In this document: positions 8,403 through 19,531 of the stretch, piece by piece
Position numbering within the stretch: position 1 is the first letter of the stretch
Layout of the letters: every line of letters begins with the position of its first letter
Origin: Bryobacteraceae bacterium
Lineage (GTDB): Bacteria; Acidobacteriota; Terriglobia; Bryobacterales; Bryobacteraceae
Assembly: GCA_041394945.1 (NCBI GenBank)
Contig: JAWKHH010000005.1
Span: 312,740-376,739, forward strand
Direction: 5' to 3'
Length of the DNA stretch: 64,000 bases
Translations under genes and position numbers: made by a program
The notes under the pieces: generated by a model
The model's database searches: none
What the model saw: the letters and a program-made list of their open reading frames with translations, nothing else
What the model was told of the DNA's origin: nothing

Positions 8403-9185
8403 ATGCAGCAGCGCGGTGGGGCGCCCGTCCCCACGCTCCTCGCAGACGACGAACAGCTTGCCCTCGACGAGTTGAGCTACCTGCTCAAGGACTTCCCGGA
8501 GATCGAAATCGTCGGCACGGCGTCGAACGGCGTCGACGCCGTCGAGGCCATCGCCGACTTCGAACCGGACCTCGTCTTCCTTGATGTGCAGATGCCCGGC
8601 CTTGATGGGATGGGCGTGATTCGCAAGGTTCGCGAACAGGGCGGTCCGATGCCTTACTTCGTGCTCGCGACCGCGTACGATCAGTATGCCGTGGAGGCCT
8701 TCGAGCTTGAGGCGCTGGACTATCTGCTCAAGCCGGTGGACCGGGAACGGCTCTCGCACACCATCCAGCGGGCACAGTCGTGGCTTGCGGAGAAGGCGGC
8801 TAAGTCCGCCCAGGCCGACGCCGCGGCCGGAACTCGTTCCGCGCTCCAGCGGACCAAGGTGCTGATCCGCGCGCAGGGTCGCAACTTTGTCGTCGACGCC
8901 CACGAGATCGTCTACGCGACCATTGATGACGGGCTCATCACCGTGGTGGCGAGCGGGTTGGAAGGGATCTCGAACTACCGGACGATCGAGGAGCTGCAAT
9001 CGAACCTGGACGCCGAGGTCTTCTGGCGCGTGCACCGTTCCTACCTCGTGAATATCAACCGGATCAAGGAAGTGATTCCGTGGTTCAAGTCGTCGTTCCA
9101 GTTGAAGATGGACGATAAGAAACAAACGGAGATTCCGGTGAGCCGGGTGCAGACGAAGCGGCTCCGCGCGCTACTTAAACTGTGA
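8403..9185 (+). CDS. LytTR-family two-component response regulator
   Basis: From ORF 8355..9185(+); ATG at 8403 chosen (a GTG at 8355 is possible). The receiver domain reads LLADDEQ...DLVFLDVQMPG. The C-terminal LytTR domain reads VDAHEIVYA...SYLVNINRI. No cognate histidine kinase is adjacent. Confidence 0.8.
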   Translation: MQQRGGAPVPTLLADDEQLALDELSYLLKDFPEIEIVGTASNGVDAVEAIADFEPDLVFLDVQMPGLDGMGVIRKVREQGGPMPYFVLATAYDQYAVEAFELEALDYLLKPVDRERLSHTIQRAQSWLAEKAAKSAQADAAAGTRSALQRTKVLIRAQGRNFVVDAHEIVYATIDDGLITVVASGLEGISNYRTIEELQSNLDAEVFWRVHRSYLVNINRIKEVIPWFKSSFQLKMDDKKQTEIPVSRVQTKRLRALLKL

Positions 9186-9234
9186 CGGCGCCCGAGGGGT
9201 GTAAACTGGAAGCACGAAAGGAGCGTTCACCCGA

Positions 9235-10503
9235 ATGCATCTGAGCCGGCGACACTTTCTGGGAACTACGGCGGCCGCGGCGGCATTGCCTTTGCACGTC
9301 GAAGGCGCGCCCGCGCGCATGCCGAAGGCGCACTTCACGGTGCACCCGTTCATTGAGGCGAATCCGAAAGCGATCTTTATCAAGCGTACGCAGGCGCCCG
9401 CAAAGATGGACGAGGCCGCCAAGCTTCGCGAAGGCGTTGCGTTCGCGCGCGAAGTGTTCCTGCCGGCGGAAGCGGCCGGCGTACCGGTATCGCACCGGGT
9501 GATCCTGAAGCCGAACTTCACGAGCGTCCGCAACCGGCGCCCGAACGAGGACAACTGGGGCACGGGCACGGACCCGCAGTTCTACGAAGGCATCATCGTC
9601 GGCCTGAAGGAGCTCGGGCTGAAGAAGTTTCACTTCCTCGAAGCGAACAACTTCCACACCTGGAACTTCCGCGGCATGGCCGACATCAACGACCGGCACG
9701 GCGTGGAAGTGAACGAGCCGGACCGGCGGCCGCGCAACTTCCGCGAGAACTTCGAGATGAACTGGTCCAAGGTGCCGGACCCGGTGGTGTACACGCACAT
9801 CCCGCACTATGCGCCGCTCAACGAGCCGGACACCTGGCTGCTGAACATCGCCAAGTGGAAGTCCCACGGCATGTGCATGACGCTCTCGGCGAAGAACGTG
9901 CAGGGCTTGGTGGTGAAGCCGTACGTGCGCTTCTGCCCGGGTTGGGATATGGTCACCGGCGCGCCGGAGTTCATGCAGGAGAACATCCACGGGAAAGTGG
10001 AAGACCGGGTGAGCCGGTTCTTCGAGAATCACAAAAAGCTCGGGTACGCGCGCTATGATTCGCGGGCCAAACTGGCGCCGATCAACCAGGAGATCTGGGC
10101 GCACAAGACGTGCGACAACACGCAGGTTGTGAACCCGGGGTTGAACATCATCGAAGGCATCTACGGCCGCGACGGCGACGGCTTCGGCGTGGGGCAGGAT
10201 TACCTCACCAACCTGGTGATGTTCGGCAAGGACCGGTTCCGGCTCGACATGATCGGCATGTATCTCGGCGGCCACGAGCCCGGCAACATAAACCTGTTCC
10301 GTATCGCAAAGGAACGCGGGATGCTCGACACGTTCAATCCGTGGGAAGTGGATCTCTATGAGTGGGTGAACGGCGAGCCGGTGAAGCGCAAGCTCACCGA
10401 CTTCGAGCGCACTCCGTTGAAGACCTACTACCTGCAGCGCGACGGCGAGCCGTTATACCATCTGGTGAACGAACGCTTCGACTACGACAAAGTGAAGGTA
10501 TAG
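9235..10503 (+). CDS. Tat-signal secreted protein of unknown function (possibly DUF362-like)
   Basis: ORF 9235..10503(+). Twin-arginine signal RRHFLGTTAAAAALP. No recognised catalytic motif; the family assignment is tentative. Confidence 0.55.
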   Translation: MHLSRRHFLGTTAAAAALPLHVEGAPARMPKAHFTVHPFIEANPKAIFIKRTQAPAKMDEAAKLREGVAFAREVFLPAEAAGVPVSHRVILKPNFTSVRNRRPNEDNWGTGTDPQFYEGIIVGLKELGLKKFHFLEANNFHTWNFRGMADINDRHGVEVNEPDRRPRNFRENFEMNWSKVPDPVVYTHIPHYAPLNEPDTWLLNIAKWKSHGMCMTLSAKNVQGLVVKPYVRFCPGWDMVTGAPEFMQENIHGKVEDRVSRFFENHKKLGYARYDSRAKLAPINQEIWAHKTCDNTQVVNPGLNIIEGIYGRDGDGFGVGQDYLTNLVMFGKDRFRLDMIGMYLGGHEPGNINLFRIAKERGMLDTFNPWEVDLYEWVNGEPVKRKLTDFERTPLKTYYLQRDGEPLYHLVNERFDYDKVKV

Positions 10504-10533
10504 ACTCTGCCAAACCAGACTTTCGAGGGCGGC

Positions 10534-10986
10534 ATGGACGCCAAGGGCTTGAAGTTCGCCATCGTGGTGAGCCGTTTCAACAGCTTCATCACCGAGCGGC
10601 TGCTCGAGGGGGCGCTGGACGCGCTGAAGCGCCATGGCTGCGCCGACTCCGACGTCGACTTGGCGCGCGTGCCGGGATCGTGGGAGATGACGCTTGCGGC
10701 GGGTGAGCTTGCGCGGAAGAAGAAGTACGACGCGATCATCGCGCTTGGCTGCGTGGTTCGCGGCGAGACGCCGCATTTCGACTACGTGGCGGGCGAGGCG
10801 GCGAAGGGCCTCGGCCAGGTGGGCGCACAGCACGGGATCCCGGTGGCCTTCGGGGTGCTGACGACCAATACGGTGGAGCAGGCGATCGACCGTGCCGGAG
10901 CGAAGAGCGGCAACAAGGGCGCCGACGCGGCGCTTACGGCGATCGAGATGGCCAACCTCATGAAGCAGCTCCGGGCCTCGGCCTGA
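10534..10986 (+). CDS. ribH: 6,7-dimethyl-8-ribityllumazine synthase
   Basis: ORF 10534..10986(+), 150 aa. Classic RibH sequence ([10 protein letters not shown]...[20 protein letters not shown]). Confidence 0.9.
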   Translation: MDAKGLKFAIVVSRFNSFITERLLEGALDALKRHGCADSDVDLARVPGSWEMTLAAGELARKKKYDAIIALGCVVRGETPHFDYVAGEAAKGLGQVGAQHGIPVAFGVLTTNTVEQAIDRAGAKSGNKGADAALTAIEMANLMKQLRASA

Positions 10987-10987
10987 C

Positions 10988-11410
10988 ATGCCTTCGCGGT
11001 TTCGCTCCCGGCAGATCGCTCTGCAAACCCTGTTCGCGTGCGATGTGCGCCACATCCCGGTGCAGCAGGCGTTCGAGGAATTTTACGGATCGCTGGCGCG
11101 GGAGGAGGATGGGCCCGAGCCGGAGCCAGACCCGTTCGCCGAGCGGCTTGCCTTGGGCGCCGCGGCGAAGACCGGTGAGATCGACGCGCTAATCGCCAGG
11201 CACTCCGAGCACTGGCGGATGGACCGGATGCCGATCGTCGACCGCAACATCCTGCGTCTGGCTGCCTACGAGATGAAGGAGATGGCGACGCCGTCGGCGG
11301 TGGTGATCGATCAGGCGCTGGAGCTGGCGCGGCGGTTCTCGACGGACGATTCGATCGCGTTCCTGAACGGGGTGCTGGATGCGGTGAACCGCGAGCTTCA
11401 TCCGGTGTGA
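10988..11410 (+). CDS. nusB: Transcription antitermination factor NusB
   Basis: ORF 10988..11410(+), 140 aa. NusB-like; immediately follows ribH, the conserved ribH-nusB arrangement. Confidence 0.9.
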   Translation: MPSRFRSRQIALQTLFACDVRHIPVQQAFEEFYGSLAREEDGPEPEPDPFAERLALGAAAKTGEIDALIARHSEHWRMDRMPIVDRNILRLAAYEMKEMATPSAVVIDQALELARRFSTDDSIAFLNGVLDAVNRELHPV

Positions 11411-11502
11411 CGGCTGGACGGCGGCGCGTCGGTCGTCCGCGCGATCGATCCATTCGGGCGTGACTTCGCGATCGCGCTCGCCCCGTATGAAAACGACACG
11501 GC

Positions 11503-12117
11503 TCACGGTGTACGCAGGCGGCGAACGACGTCTTCATCGCACAGAGAGTAGTGGCGGACGTTCCAGGAGTAGATCGCCTCTACTTTTGCCTTGAGGGCGC
11601 AATGCGCCAGCATCGAATCGTAGATGCCGCCTCCGACAACTCCTCGGGCGGCTGAATGTTCGAGCGCATCGACGTATTCCTCGCCGGTAAGCGCGATGAT
11701 GGAAAGGCGCTCGCAGATGCTTCCGATAAAGCGCTCGCGGATGCTTCCGATAAAGAGGATCGCCTGCTCGCTGCTGATGCGATGCTTACCGGGCATGCGA
11801 GTCAGCGTTGAGTACACCTCGGCGAGACTATGTGCTCCGCAGCAGCCAGTTGCCCTATCGAACTGGATGAATCGGGCTCTGCGGATCTCTTCCAATACTT
11901 CATCGGTTGCGGAGGCGGGGAGGGGTTGCCCAGCGTAAAGAACCCAGACGCCGTGTTCCTTCCTGAGCGGACCTGTTCCTCGCACAGGACGGAGGGTTAT
12001 CTGTTCTCCGGCACTCTCGATCTCTAGGGAGTCGCCCGGCTCCAAATGTCGCGCTTCACGCAAAGGCTTGGGAATCACTACGCGGCCGGCTTTGTCGATG
12101 ATGAGACGGGCGCTCAT
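11503..12117 (-). CDS. Single-polypeptide fusion of an AbrB/MazE-type antitoxin domain and a PIN-domain (VapC-like) nuclease
   Basis: ORF 11503..12117(-), 204 aa. The N-terminus LIIDKAGRVVIPKPLRE is an AbrB/SpoVT swapped-hairpin. The C-terminal ~130 aa carry PIN acidic residues (FDRATG, AEVYSTLTR, IYDSMLAHCA, SWNVRHY). Confidence 0.55.
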   Translation of the reverse strand: MSARLIIDKAGRVVIPKPLREARHLEPGDSLEIESAGEQITLRPVRGTGPLRKEHGVWVLYAGQPLPASATDEVLEEIRRARFIQFDRATGCCGAHSLAEVYSTLTRMPGKHRISSEQAILFIGSIRERFIGSICERLSIIALTGEEYVDALEHSAARGVVGGGIYDSMLAHCALKAKVEAIYSWNVRHYSLCDEDVVRRLRTP

Positions 12118-12327
12118 TCTGGTAAAACACCGTGGGTTATCCCACTACGCAGCCCCACCATAGCCGATCGCGACATGGGCGATCCGGATGAAGGCCGCCG
12201 AGTCCCTCATCCTGCGAAGCGGCCTGTGTGACTGAGCAAGCATTCTCCAAGTCTTGGAGATTGGCGCTCAGCGGGCCGCTACGGTCGGCGAAAGCTCTAT
12301 TGGAGGGCGGCCTTACTCCCGCATTGA

Positions 12328-13562
<1,235 letters not shown>

Positions 13563-13614
13563 CGGCGTGTTTCTCCTTCGCTTGAGTCTACTGCAGGAGA
13601 ACGCGGGCGCCGGT

Positions 13615-16600
13615 TCAGTCGCGGGCGATGGGTTGTTCGCGATTGGCTGTGGGCTGGCCGGCCACGTCCACTACACGATCCAGGACGCGGCGCGTGGGCC
13701 GCTCGTCCATCTCGTCGTCCGTTCCCGGCTTCTCCGGCTCGGGCGTCATCCCCACGGGCTTCGCGCGTTCGAGAACCGGGCGGATCGTCGGCACCAATTG
13801 GCGGAAGATCTGGACGGCGAGCGCGCTGGTGAAGGAGTGCGACTCGGCTTCCTTGCCCGGCACATAGGCGGTGATGGTGCCATAGAAGCGGTCGCCGATG
13901 ACAAACACGAACGCAGCCGTCCGGCTCATCACGCGCGATCCGATGAGGGCGCCGTTCGATGCATAGCTTTCGAGGCGATTGTCGCCGGTGCCCGTCTTGC
14001 CGCCCAACTGCAGGATGCGGCCGTCTGAGAGCTTGACGCTCTGGAAGGCGCGGCGCGCCGTGCCCTGCTCCACGACGCCGAACATCTCCTGGCGGACCAC
14101 GGCGGCGACGGCAGCCGGCAGGATCCGCTCCGGCCGAGCGGGTTTGTGCCGGAGGACGGTTTCCATGGGTGTGGCGCGGGCGAAATGGAGCCGCTCGAGC
14201 TTCATCACCGGATAGCGCACGCCGCCGTTCTGGATGATGCCGGCGAGTTCGGCGAGGGCCGCCGGGTTATCACCGGAACTGCCGATGGCGGTGGCGTAGG
14301 AAGGCGTCAGCGTCGGGAACGGATAGCCGTGCCGCCGCCAGGTTTCGCCGACGCCCTTGAAGGCGTCCACTTCGAGGAGGATCTTGATGCGAAGGTCCTG
14401 CGCGTGCTTGTGCTTCGGCCGGAAGAGCCATTTGTAGACTTCCTGCCGCTCGTGCTCGCTTGCCCGGCTCGCCTCTTCGAAGGTAGCGTCCTTGTGTTCG
14501 AGGAGATAGCGCAGCAGCCAGAGTTCGAGCGGGTGGACGCGGGCGAGGTAGCCGCGGTCAGCGAGGTCGAACTTATCGGGGGCGTAGCGATCGTAGAGCT
14601 TTTCCAGGTCCACGCGGGCGAGGGCTTCGTCCGGGAGCTTGGCCTCGAGAAAGTCGAGCATGCCTTCGAGGTTGCCCTCGGGGAGCACGGTGCGGTAGGC
14701 CACGGCGAGGCGGTAGGGCGTGGGGCGCATCTTGCGCGAAAGGATCGCCAGGGCTTCTTCGGCGGGCTTTCCCTTGTAGCGGCGATAGAATCGCAGTAGG
14801 AATTCGCGACCTTCACGGTCGGCGAATCGCTCGAGGTACTCTTTCCGGCCTGGATGATACACGTCGTAGAGCAGCGCGGGAGTTACTCCGGGAAGCCGGA
14901 ACTGGTGGTAACTCACGATATCGCGCATCATGCGGATGAAGACGAGGTTCGTGGAATTGCGGAGCGCCTCGCGCACGGTGAGGAACCTGCCGTTGTCGCC
15001 GCCGTTGAAGTTCGAGAAGTAGTGCAGCCCGCCGCCGGTAAAGAAGCCTTCGCCGGGAGAGCCGGAGTATTTCCGCGTCATCGCCGCTTCGAGAATGCCG
15101 GCCAGGGACCGGTCTCCAGTGGCCGCCAGGTATTCGATGGTCCACTGTGTCAGGGGGTCGGCGGGCTCGCTCCTCGGATCCACCGCGCTCTTGCGAGAAT
15201 AGGTATCCCGGAGGCCGGCGATCAGCTCCAGGTAGGTGACCAGCGTGCGCAGCTTCGCCGTCGACCCCAACTCGATCCTCGTGCCTTCGTTGAAGTTGAG
15301 CGGCTGATCCAGGTTGTCGGCCTGCACGCGAAGGAAGTTCGCCCCTTCGCCGGCCTCGTAGAGATTGAAGCTGTAAATCACGGAATCGAGCCCGCCGTCG
15401 GGAAGCATCTGCCTGCCGAGGAGCCCGGCCTTGGCCGCATAGCCGCGGTCGGCGAGTTTCGTCAGGACGTTGGTCGCGCCCTGCACGGCGACGCGATCGA
15501 GGCTCGTATGGGCGGTGAGGTCCAGCCGGTCGAGTTCGTAGATGCTCGGGATACCGAGCATCCCGAGCAGCGTGGCGCGGACGGCATCTGTGGCCTTGCG
15601 TTCGTAGAACGGGGCCGGCACTGCCTCCGGCGCCTTCGTGCGAAAGTTCAGCTCGACCTCCAGCGCGACGTCCCGGAGACGGGGGGAGATGACGCCGGAC
15701 TCACCGAGCAGACGCAGATAATTGTCGACGCGCTGGTTGAGCGCTTCGCGGTTCCGCTGCAGGTAGAACGTCGGCCGGTTTGCTGCGAGCAGAAGGCTGA
15801 GCGCGCGACGGTAGGCCCGCGCCCGTTCCCGTTCGCGCTTGCGGTCCAACTTGCCATCAAGCGTCCCGGCGCCGGCCTCGCGGGCGGTGAGCAGCCGGTT
15901 CGTTTCCGCGAAATCGGCGCCGAACCACGCCCAAAGGCCGTCGCCCAGGCCGGACACCTCGCCGTAGCCGGGGAGCGAGGCGAGCGGCAGGGAGTTGATA
16001 TAGTCGCTGGCGATCTGGCGGCGGGTTTCGTAGGTGGTCTCGCCCAACTGATACGCCCGTAGCGACGCTGAAATCATCTGGCGGAACTTATCGCCGGCGC
16101 CTTGCGTGCGGCCTTCCGGCGAATGGCGCAGCTTTTCGATCTGCGTGGCGAGCGTGCTTCCGCCGCCGGCGCCAGTGCCGCCGACGAGTTGCTTGCGGCT
16201 TTGATCGAACACCGCGCGGGCGAGGCGATCCCATTCGACGGCCGGATTGCGGTATGGCGTCGACACTTCGAGCATGTCCCGGTTCTCCACGAACAGCAGG
16301 CTGTTCACCACCAGCGGGGGAATCCAGTCGAAATCGGGGTAGGTTCGCTGCGGGAAGCGCGCCGTGAAAAGCGGCCGGCCAAGCGTATCGAGGATTTCGA
16401 GGCCGGCCTGCGACTTCTCGCGGTAGGTGGGAAACAAACCCACGAGCGTCATCTTGCGGAGCCAATCCGACGAACGCGCCTGCGCCTCCACGGAGAAGCC
16501 GCGCTCGCCGAGACGGTTCGTCCACTCGTCGAGCCGCGCGTAGCCGAGCCGTTGATCGTACGGGCCTTCGCCCGCCCACGGCAAGGACGCAGACCCCGGC

Positions 16601-16815
16601 TCCACGCGGTAGCTCATCCGCCGCGCCGCCGCCGCGAACAACCGAGACTGCAGGTACGACGAACGCGCCTCCGCGACCACGCCGGCCATCAACGCCGCCG
16701 CGGCGAGGCTTCCGAAAATAACTTTTTTAGAACCCAGCCGGAGCGGACCCCTCTTGCCGGCTGGCCTCGGAACGGCCGCATCCTCAGCGGGCCGATCCTC
16801 TGGTTGGAAAAGCAT
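13615..16815 (-). CDS. Class A penicillin-binding protein (GT51 transglycosylase plus transpeptidase), unusually long at 1066 aa
   Basis: ORF 13615..16815(-). N-terminal TM anchor. GT51 motif GGSTLATQIEKL. Transpeptidase motifs STAK (SxxK), STN (SxN) and KTGTG. Large insertions separate the domains. Confidence 0.7.
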   Translation of the reverse strand: MLFQPEDRPAEDAAVPRPAGKRGPLRLGSKKVIFGSLAAAALMAGVVAEARSSYLQSRLFAAAARRMSYRVEPGSASLPWAGEGPYDQRLGYARLDEWTNRLGERGFSVEAQARSSDWLRKMTLVGLFPTYREKSQAGLEILDTLGRPLFTARFPQRTYPDFDWIPPLVVNSLLFVENRDMLEVSTPYRNPAVEWDRLARAVFDQSRKQLVGGTGAGGGSTLATQIEKLRHSPEGRTQGAGDKFRQMISASLRAYQLGETTYETRRQIASDYINSLPLASLPGYGEVSGLGDGLWAWFGADFAETNRLLTAREAGAGTLDGKLDRKRERERARAYRRALSLLLAANRPTFYLQRNREALNQRVDNYLRLLGESGVISPRLRDVALEVELNFRTKAPEAVPAPFYERKATDAVRATLLGMLGIPSIYELDRLDLTAHTSLDRVAVQGATNVLTKLADRGYAAKAGLLGRQMLPDGGLDSVIYSFNLYEAGEGANFLRVQADNLDQPLNFNEGTRIELGSTAKLRTLVTYLELIAGLRDTYSRKSAVDPRSEPADPLTQWTIEYLAATGDRSLAGILEAAMTRKYSGSPGEGFFTGGGLHYFSNFNGGDNGRFLTVREALRNSTNLVFIRMMRDIVSYHQFRLPGVTPALLYDVYHPGRKEYLERFADREGREFLLRFYRRYKGKPAEEALAILSRKMRPTPYRLAVAYRTVLPEGNLEGMLDFLEAKLPDEALARVDLEKLYDRYAPDKFDLADRGYLARVHPLELWLLRYLLEHKDATFEEASRASEHERQEVYKWLFRPKHKHAQDLRIKILLEVDAFKGVGETWRRHGYPFPTLTPSYATAIGSSGDNPAALAELAGIIQNGGVRYPVMKLERLHFARATPMETVLRHKPARPERILPAAVAAVVRQEMFGVVEQGTARRAFQSVKLSDGRILQLGGKTGTGDNRLESYASNGALIGSRVMSRTAAFVFVIGDRFYGTITAYVPGKEAESHSFTSALAVQIFRQLVPTIRPVLERAKPVGMTPEPEKPGTDDEMDERPTRRVLDRVVDVAGQPTANREQPIARD

Positions 16816-16852
16816 CTCCTTCGTCCCAGTTTAGTAGAATCGTGTCCAGCCC

Positions 16853-18691
16853 ATGGCGGCCCGCGCATTATCTTTCCTTCAATTGGCGGCGTTGGTCGCC
16901 TTGGCGGCCCCCGCGGACCGTCGCGCCGCCGAATGGACGCTCGCCATGGGCGGTCGCGTGCGGCTGGCCGGCCAAACCGCCGCGATCGACGATCCGGCCC
17001 GGCTGCCGGAGGGCGATTTCGCCGTCGAAGCGCTCGACTGGGTGAACGTAAACGCCGATCCGCCGGACCTCGAACGGCTCACCGGTCTCCGCGCCCTGAA
17101 GGAACTGCACCTGCCCGGACCCTTCTGGAACCGAAACGCCGATGGCGGCCGCGACGGCAGCCGCGACTTGAAGTACCTGGCTCCGGTTGCGACGCTCGAA
17201 GTGCTCACCTTCAGCGATCATTTCCTGGACAAGATCCGATTCAAGGACGCCGGGCTCGAAGAGATCGGCGGGTTGACCCGGATGCGCGAGATGGTGCTGC
17301 GCCAGAGCGACGTCCGGGGCCACTCGATTGGCGCGTTCGTGAACCTTCAGCAGTTGGACGTGAGCCTCACGCCGTTCGACGACGAGGGCATGGCGCAACT
17401 GGCCGGGATGAAACACCTTCGGCGGCTGCGCGTTGCCGATACCGCCATTTCCGACGCGGGCGCCGCCGTGCTGGCCGGGCTCACAGCGCTCGAAGAGCTC
17501 GACCTGGGGGGGACGGCCGTGACGGACGCCGCACTGGTTCACATCAGAGGGTTGAAGAACCTGCGCCGGCTGGTGCTAATGGGCACCGCCGTTACCGACG
17601 CGGGGGTGGAGTCCCTGCGCGGTCTCGCCGCGCTGGAAGACCTGAATCTTTACCGGACGCGCGTTTCGAACAGCGGAGCGGCGGTCCTGCAAGGGCTGCG
17701 GTCCCTGGCGCAAGTGGACGTGCGATACACGCGCGTGAGCAGCGCGGGCGTGGACGCCCTTCGGGCTGCGCTGCCGAAGGCGCGATTGTTCTTTTCGAAG
17801 CAAGCGCCGCGCCCGGACAAGCTCGATCTCGACGCAGTCGTCGCGCGCAAGCAGACGCGGCGGCTCGATCTCGAAGGGGCCGATATCGCCGACGACGGTA
17901 TCGCCCGGCTGGCGGCGCTCGAGGCGCTCGAAGACTTGTCGCTGGCGAGCACGGCGGCGACAGACCGGGGCGTCGCGGAGATCGCGCAATCGCCCAAGCT
18001 TCGGCGGCTGGATCTTTCGAACACGAACGTCGAGGGAGATTGGCCGGCCGGCGCCTTCCCGGCGCTGGAGGAGCTTTCGCTGACTGGGACGCCAGTGACG
18101 AACTCGGCGCTCGAATCGATAGCCGCGCTGCCGCGGCTGCGGCATCTCTCGCTTGCCGCCACCGACATCGCCGACGGAGCGCGGCTGGACCTTTTCGTAA
18201 AGCTCGAATCGCTGGATCTCTCGGCCACCGATCTCACCAATGACGGCCTCGCCCGGCTTGGCGCGTTGAGCGCGCTGCGCGAGCTCTACTTCCCGGATGG
18301 CCGCTTCACCGGCGACGGCCTCGCGCAGATCGCAAGGCTCACCGGGCTCGAGACGCTGGACCTGCGGCGAAATCGCATCGACGCGGCGGGACTCGGCCGC
18401 CTGGCCGCGCTCGGCCGTCTTCGTCGACTGTGGGTCGACTACGCCGAGATCGACGCCGCCGCGCTCGCCAAGTTGGCCGGGCTGTCGAGCCTCGAGGAAC
18501 TAAGCCTCGACAGCACCCATATCGGCGATGCCGCGGTGGAGACGCTGGCGGGATTCAAGAAGCTGCGCCGGCTGAATCTCTATCACACGCTCGTGACGCC
18601 CGAAGGGCTGGCGAAACTGAAGGCCGCGCTCCCGGAGTGCGAGATCGTGTTCGACAAAGAATCCAGCCTGCCGAACCGGAGGAGAAGCTGA
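16853..18691 (+). CDS. Secreted leucine-rich-repeat (LRR) protein
   Basis: ORF 16853..18691(+). Signal peptide; ~20 repeats of L..L.L..T.xxD.gl..L. It is divergent from the PBP gene, 37 bp away. Confidence 0.7.
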   Translation: MAARALSFLQLAALVALAAPADRRAAEWTLAMGGRVRLAGQTAAIDDPARLPEGDFAVEALDWVNVNADPPDLERLTGLRALKELHLPGPFWNRNADGGRDGSRDLKYLAPVATLEVLTFSDHFLDKIRFKDAGLEEIGGLTRMREMVLRQSDVRGHSIGAFVNLQQLDVSLTPFDDEGMAQLAGMKHLRRLRVADTAISDAGAAVLAGLTALEELDLGGTAVTDAALVHIRGLKNLRRLVLMGTAVTDAGVESLRGLAALEDLNLYRTRVSNSGAAVLQGLRSLAQVDVRYTRVSSAGVDALRAALPKARLFFSKQAPRPDKLDLDAVVARKQTRRLDLEGADIADDGIARLAALEALEDLSLASTAATDRGVAEIAQSPKLRRLDLSNTNVEGDWPAGAFPALEELSLTGTPVTNSALESIAALPRLRHLSLAATDIADGARLDLFVKLESLDLSATDLTNDGLARLGALSALRELYFPDGRFTGDGLAQIARLTGLETLDLRRNRIDAAGLGRLAALGRLRRLWVDYAEIDAAALAKLAGLSSLEELSLDSTHIGDAAVETLAGFKKLRRLNLYHTLVTPEGLAKLKAALPECEIVFDKESSLPNRRRS

Positions 18692-19530
18692 TGCTGCCAA
18701 TCGTGCTGCTTTTCGCCGAGTGGGTTACCGACGCGGATCTCGCCAAGGCCGCCCGCGACGCCGAACTTCGCAAGCTCGATCTATCGCACACGGCGATCAC
18801 CGATATCGGCCTGGAGAACCTGAAGCCGGTCACCGGGCTCCGGGAACTGAACCTCTACTTTGCCGAGCACATCACCGACGACGGCATCGCAAACCTCGCC
18901 GGCATGCGCGACCTCGAAGTACTGAACCTCCACGGCACACGCGTGACGAGCAAGGTTTTCGACCATCTGGCGAAGCTGCCCAACCTGCGGTGGCTCGATC
19001 TCGGACACACACAGATCGACGATGAGGGCTTCGATTTTCTCGCCGGGCTCACGAAGCTCGAACATCTGGCGATCGGCGGCAACCGGCTCACCGGCGCGTG
19101 TCTGGCGCAACTGAAAGTGCTGCCGGCGCTGCGTTCGCTTGACGTGGGCGGAATCCAGCGCGTCGACTCCGGGCTGTGGGGACTCGCCCTGAACGAACAA
19201 AACCTCCGCCGCCTGGGCGAACTCACGGCGCTGCGGCGGCTTTCGCTTGCCCGCGCGACGATCAATGATCGCGGCGCGGACCGCCCTGGAAATCCCGAAG
19301 CCGAGCGCAGCGAACTGCGCGATCTTTCGCTGCTCGCCGCGCTCGAACATCTGGAGTATCTGGACCTGACGCGCCAGCCGGTAACCGCCGAGACGCTTCG
19401 CTCGCTTGCCGGGATGAAAGCGCTGCGGGAACTGCGCCTTGGTTTGGTGAAGGACGCCAACGAGGCGGACATCCCGAAACTGCCGTCGCTGCGGAAGATC
19501 TACATGAACGGCTCCTGGATTACGAAGTAG
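18691..19530 (+). CDS. Leucine-rich-repeat (LRR) protein, translationally coupled to the upstream LRR gene
   Basis: Internal start MLPIVLLF of ORF 18430..19530(+). ATG 18691 overlaps the upstream TGA as TGATG. GGAGAAG RBS upstream. LRR repeats continue. Confidence 0.65.
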   Translation: MLPIVLLFAEWVTDADLAKAARDAELRKLDLSHTAITDIGLENLKPVTGLRELNLYFAEHITDDGIANLAGMRDLEVLNLHGTRVTSKVFDHLAKLPNLRWLDLGHTQIDDEGFDFLAGLTKLEHLAIGGNRLTGACLAQLKVLPALRSLDVGGIQRVDSGLWGLALNEQNLRRLGELTALRRLSLARATINDRGADRPGNPEAERSELRDLSLLAALEHLEYLDLTRQPVTAETLRSLAGMKALRELRLGLVKDANEADIPKLPSLRKIYMNGSWITK

Positions 19531-19531
19531 G

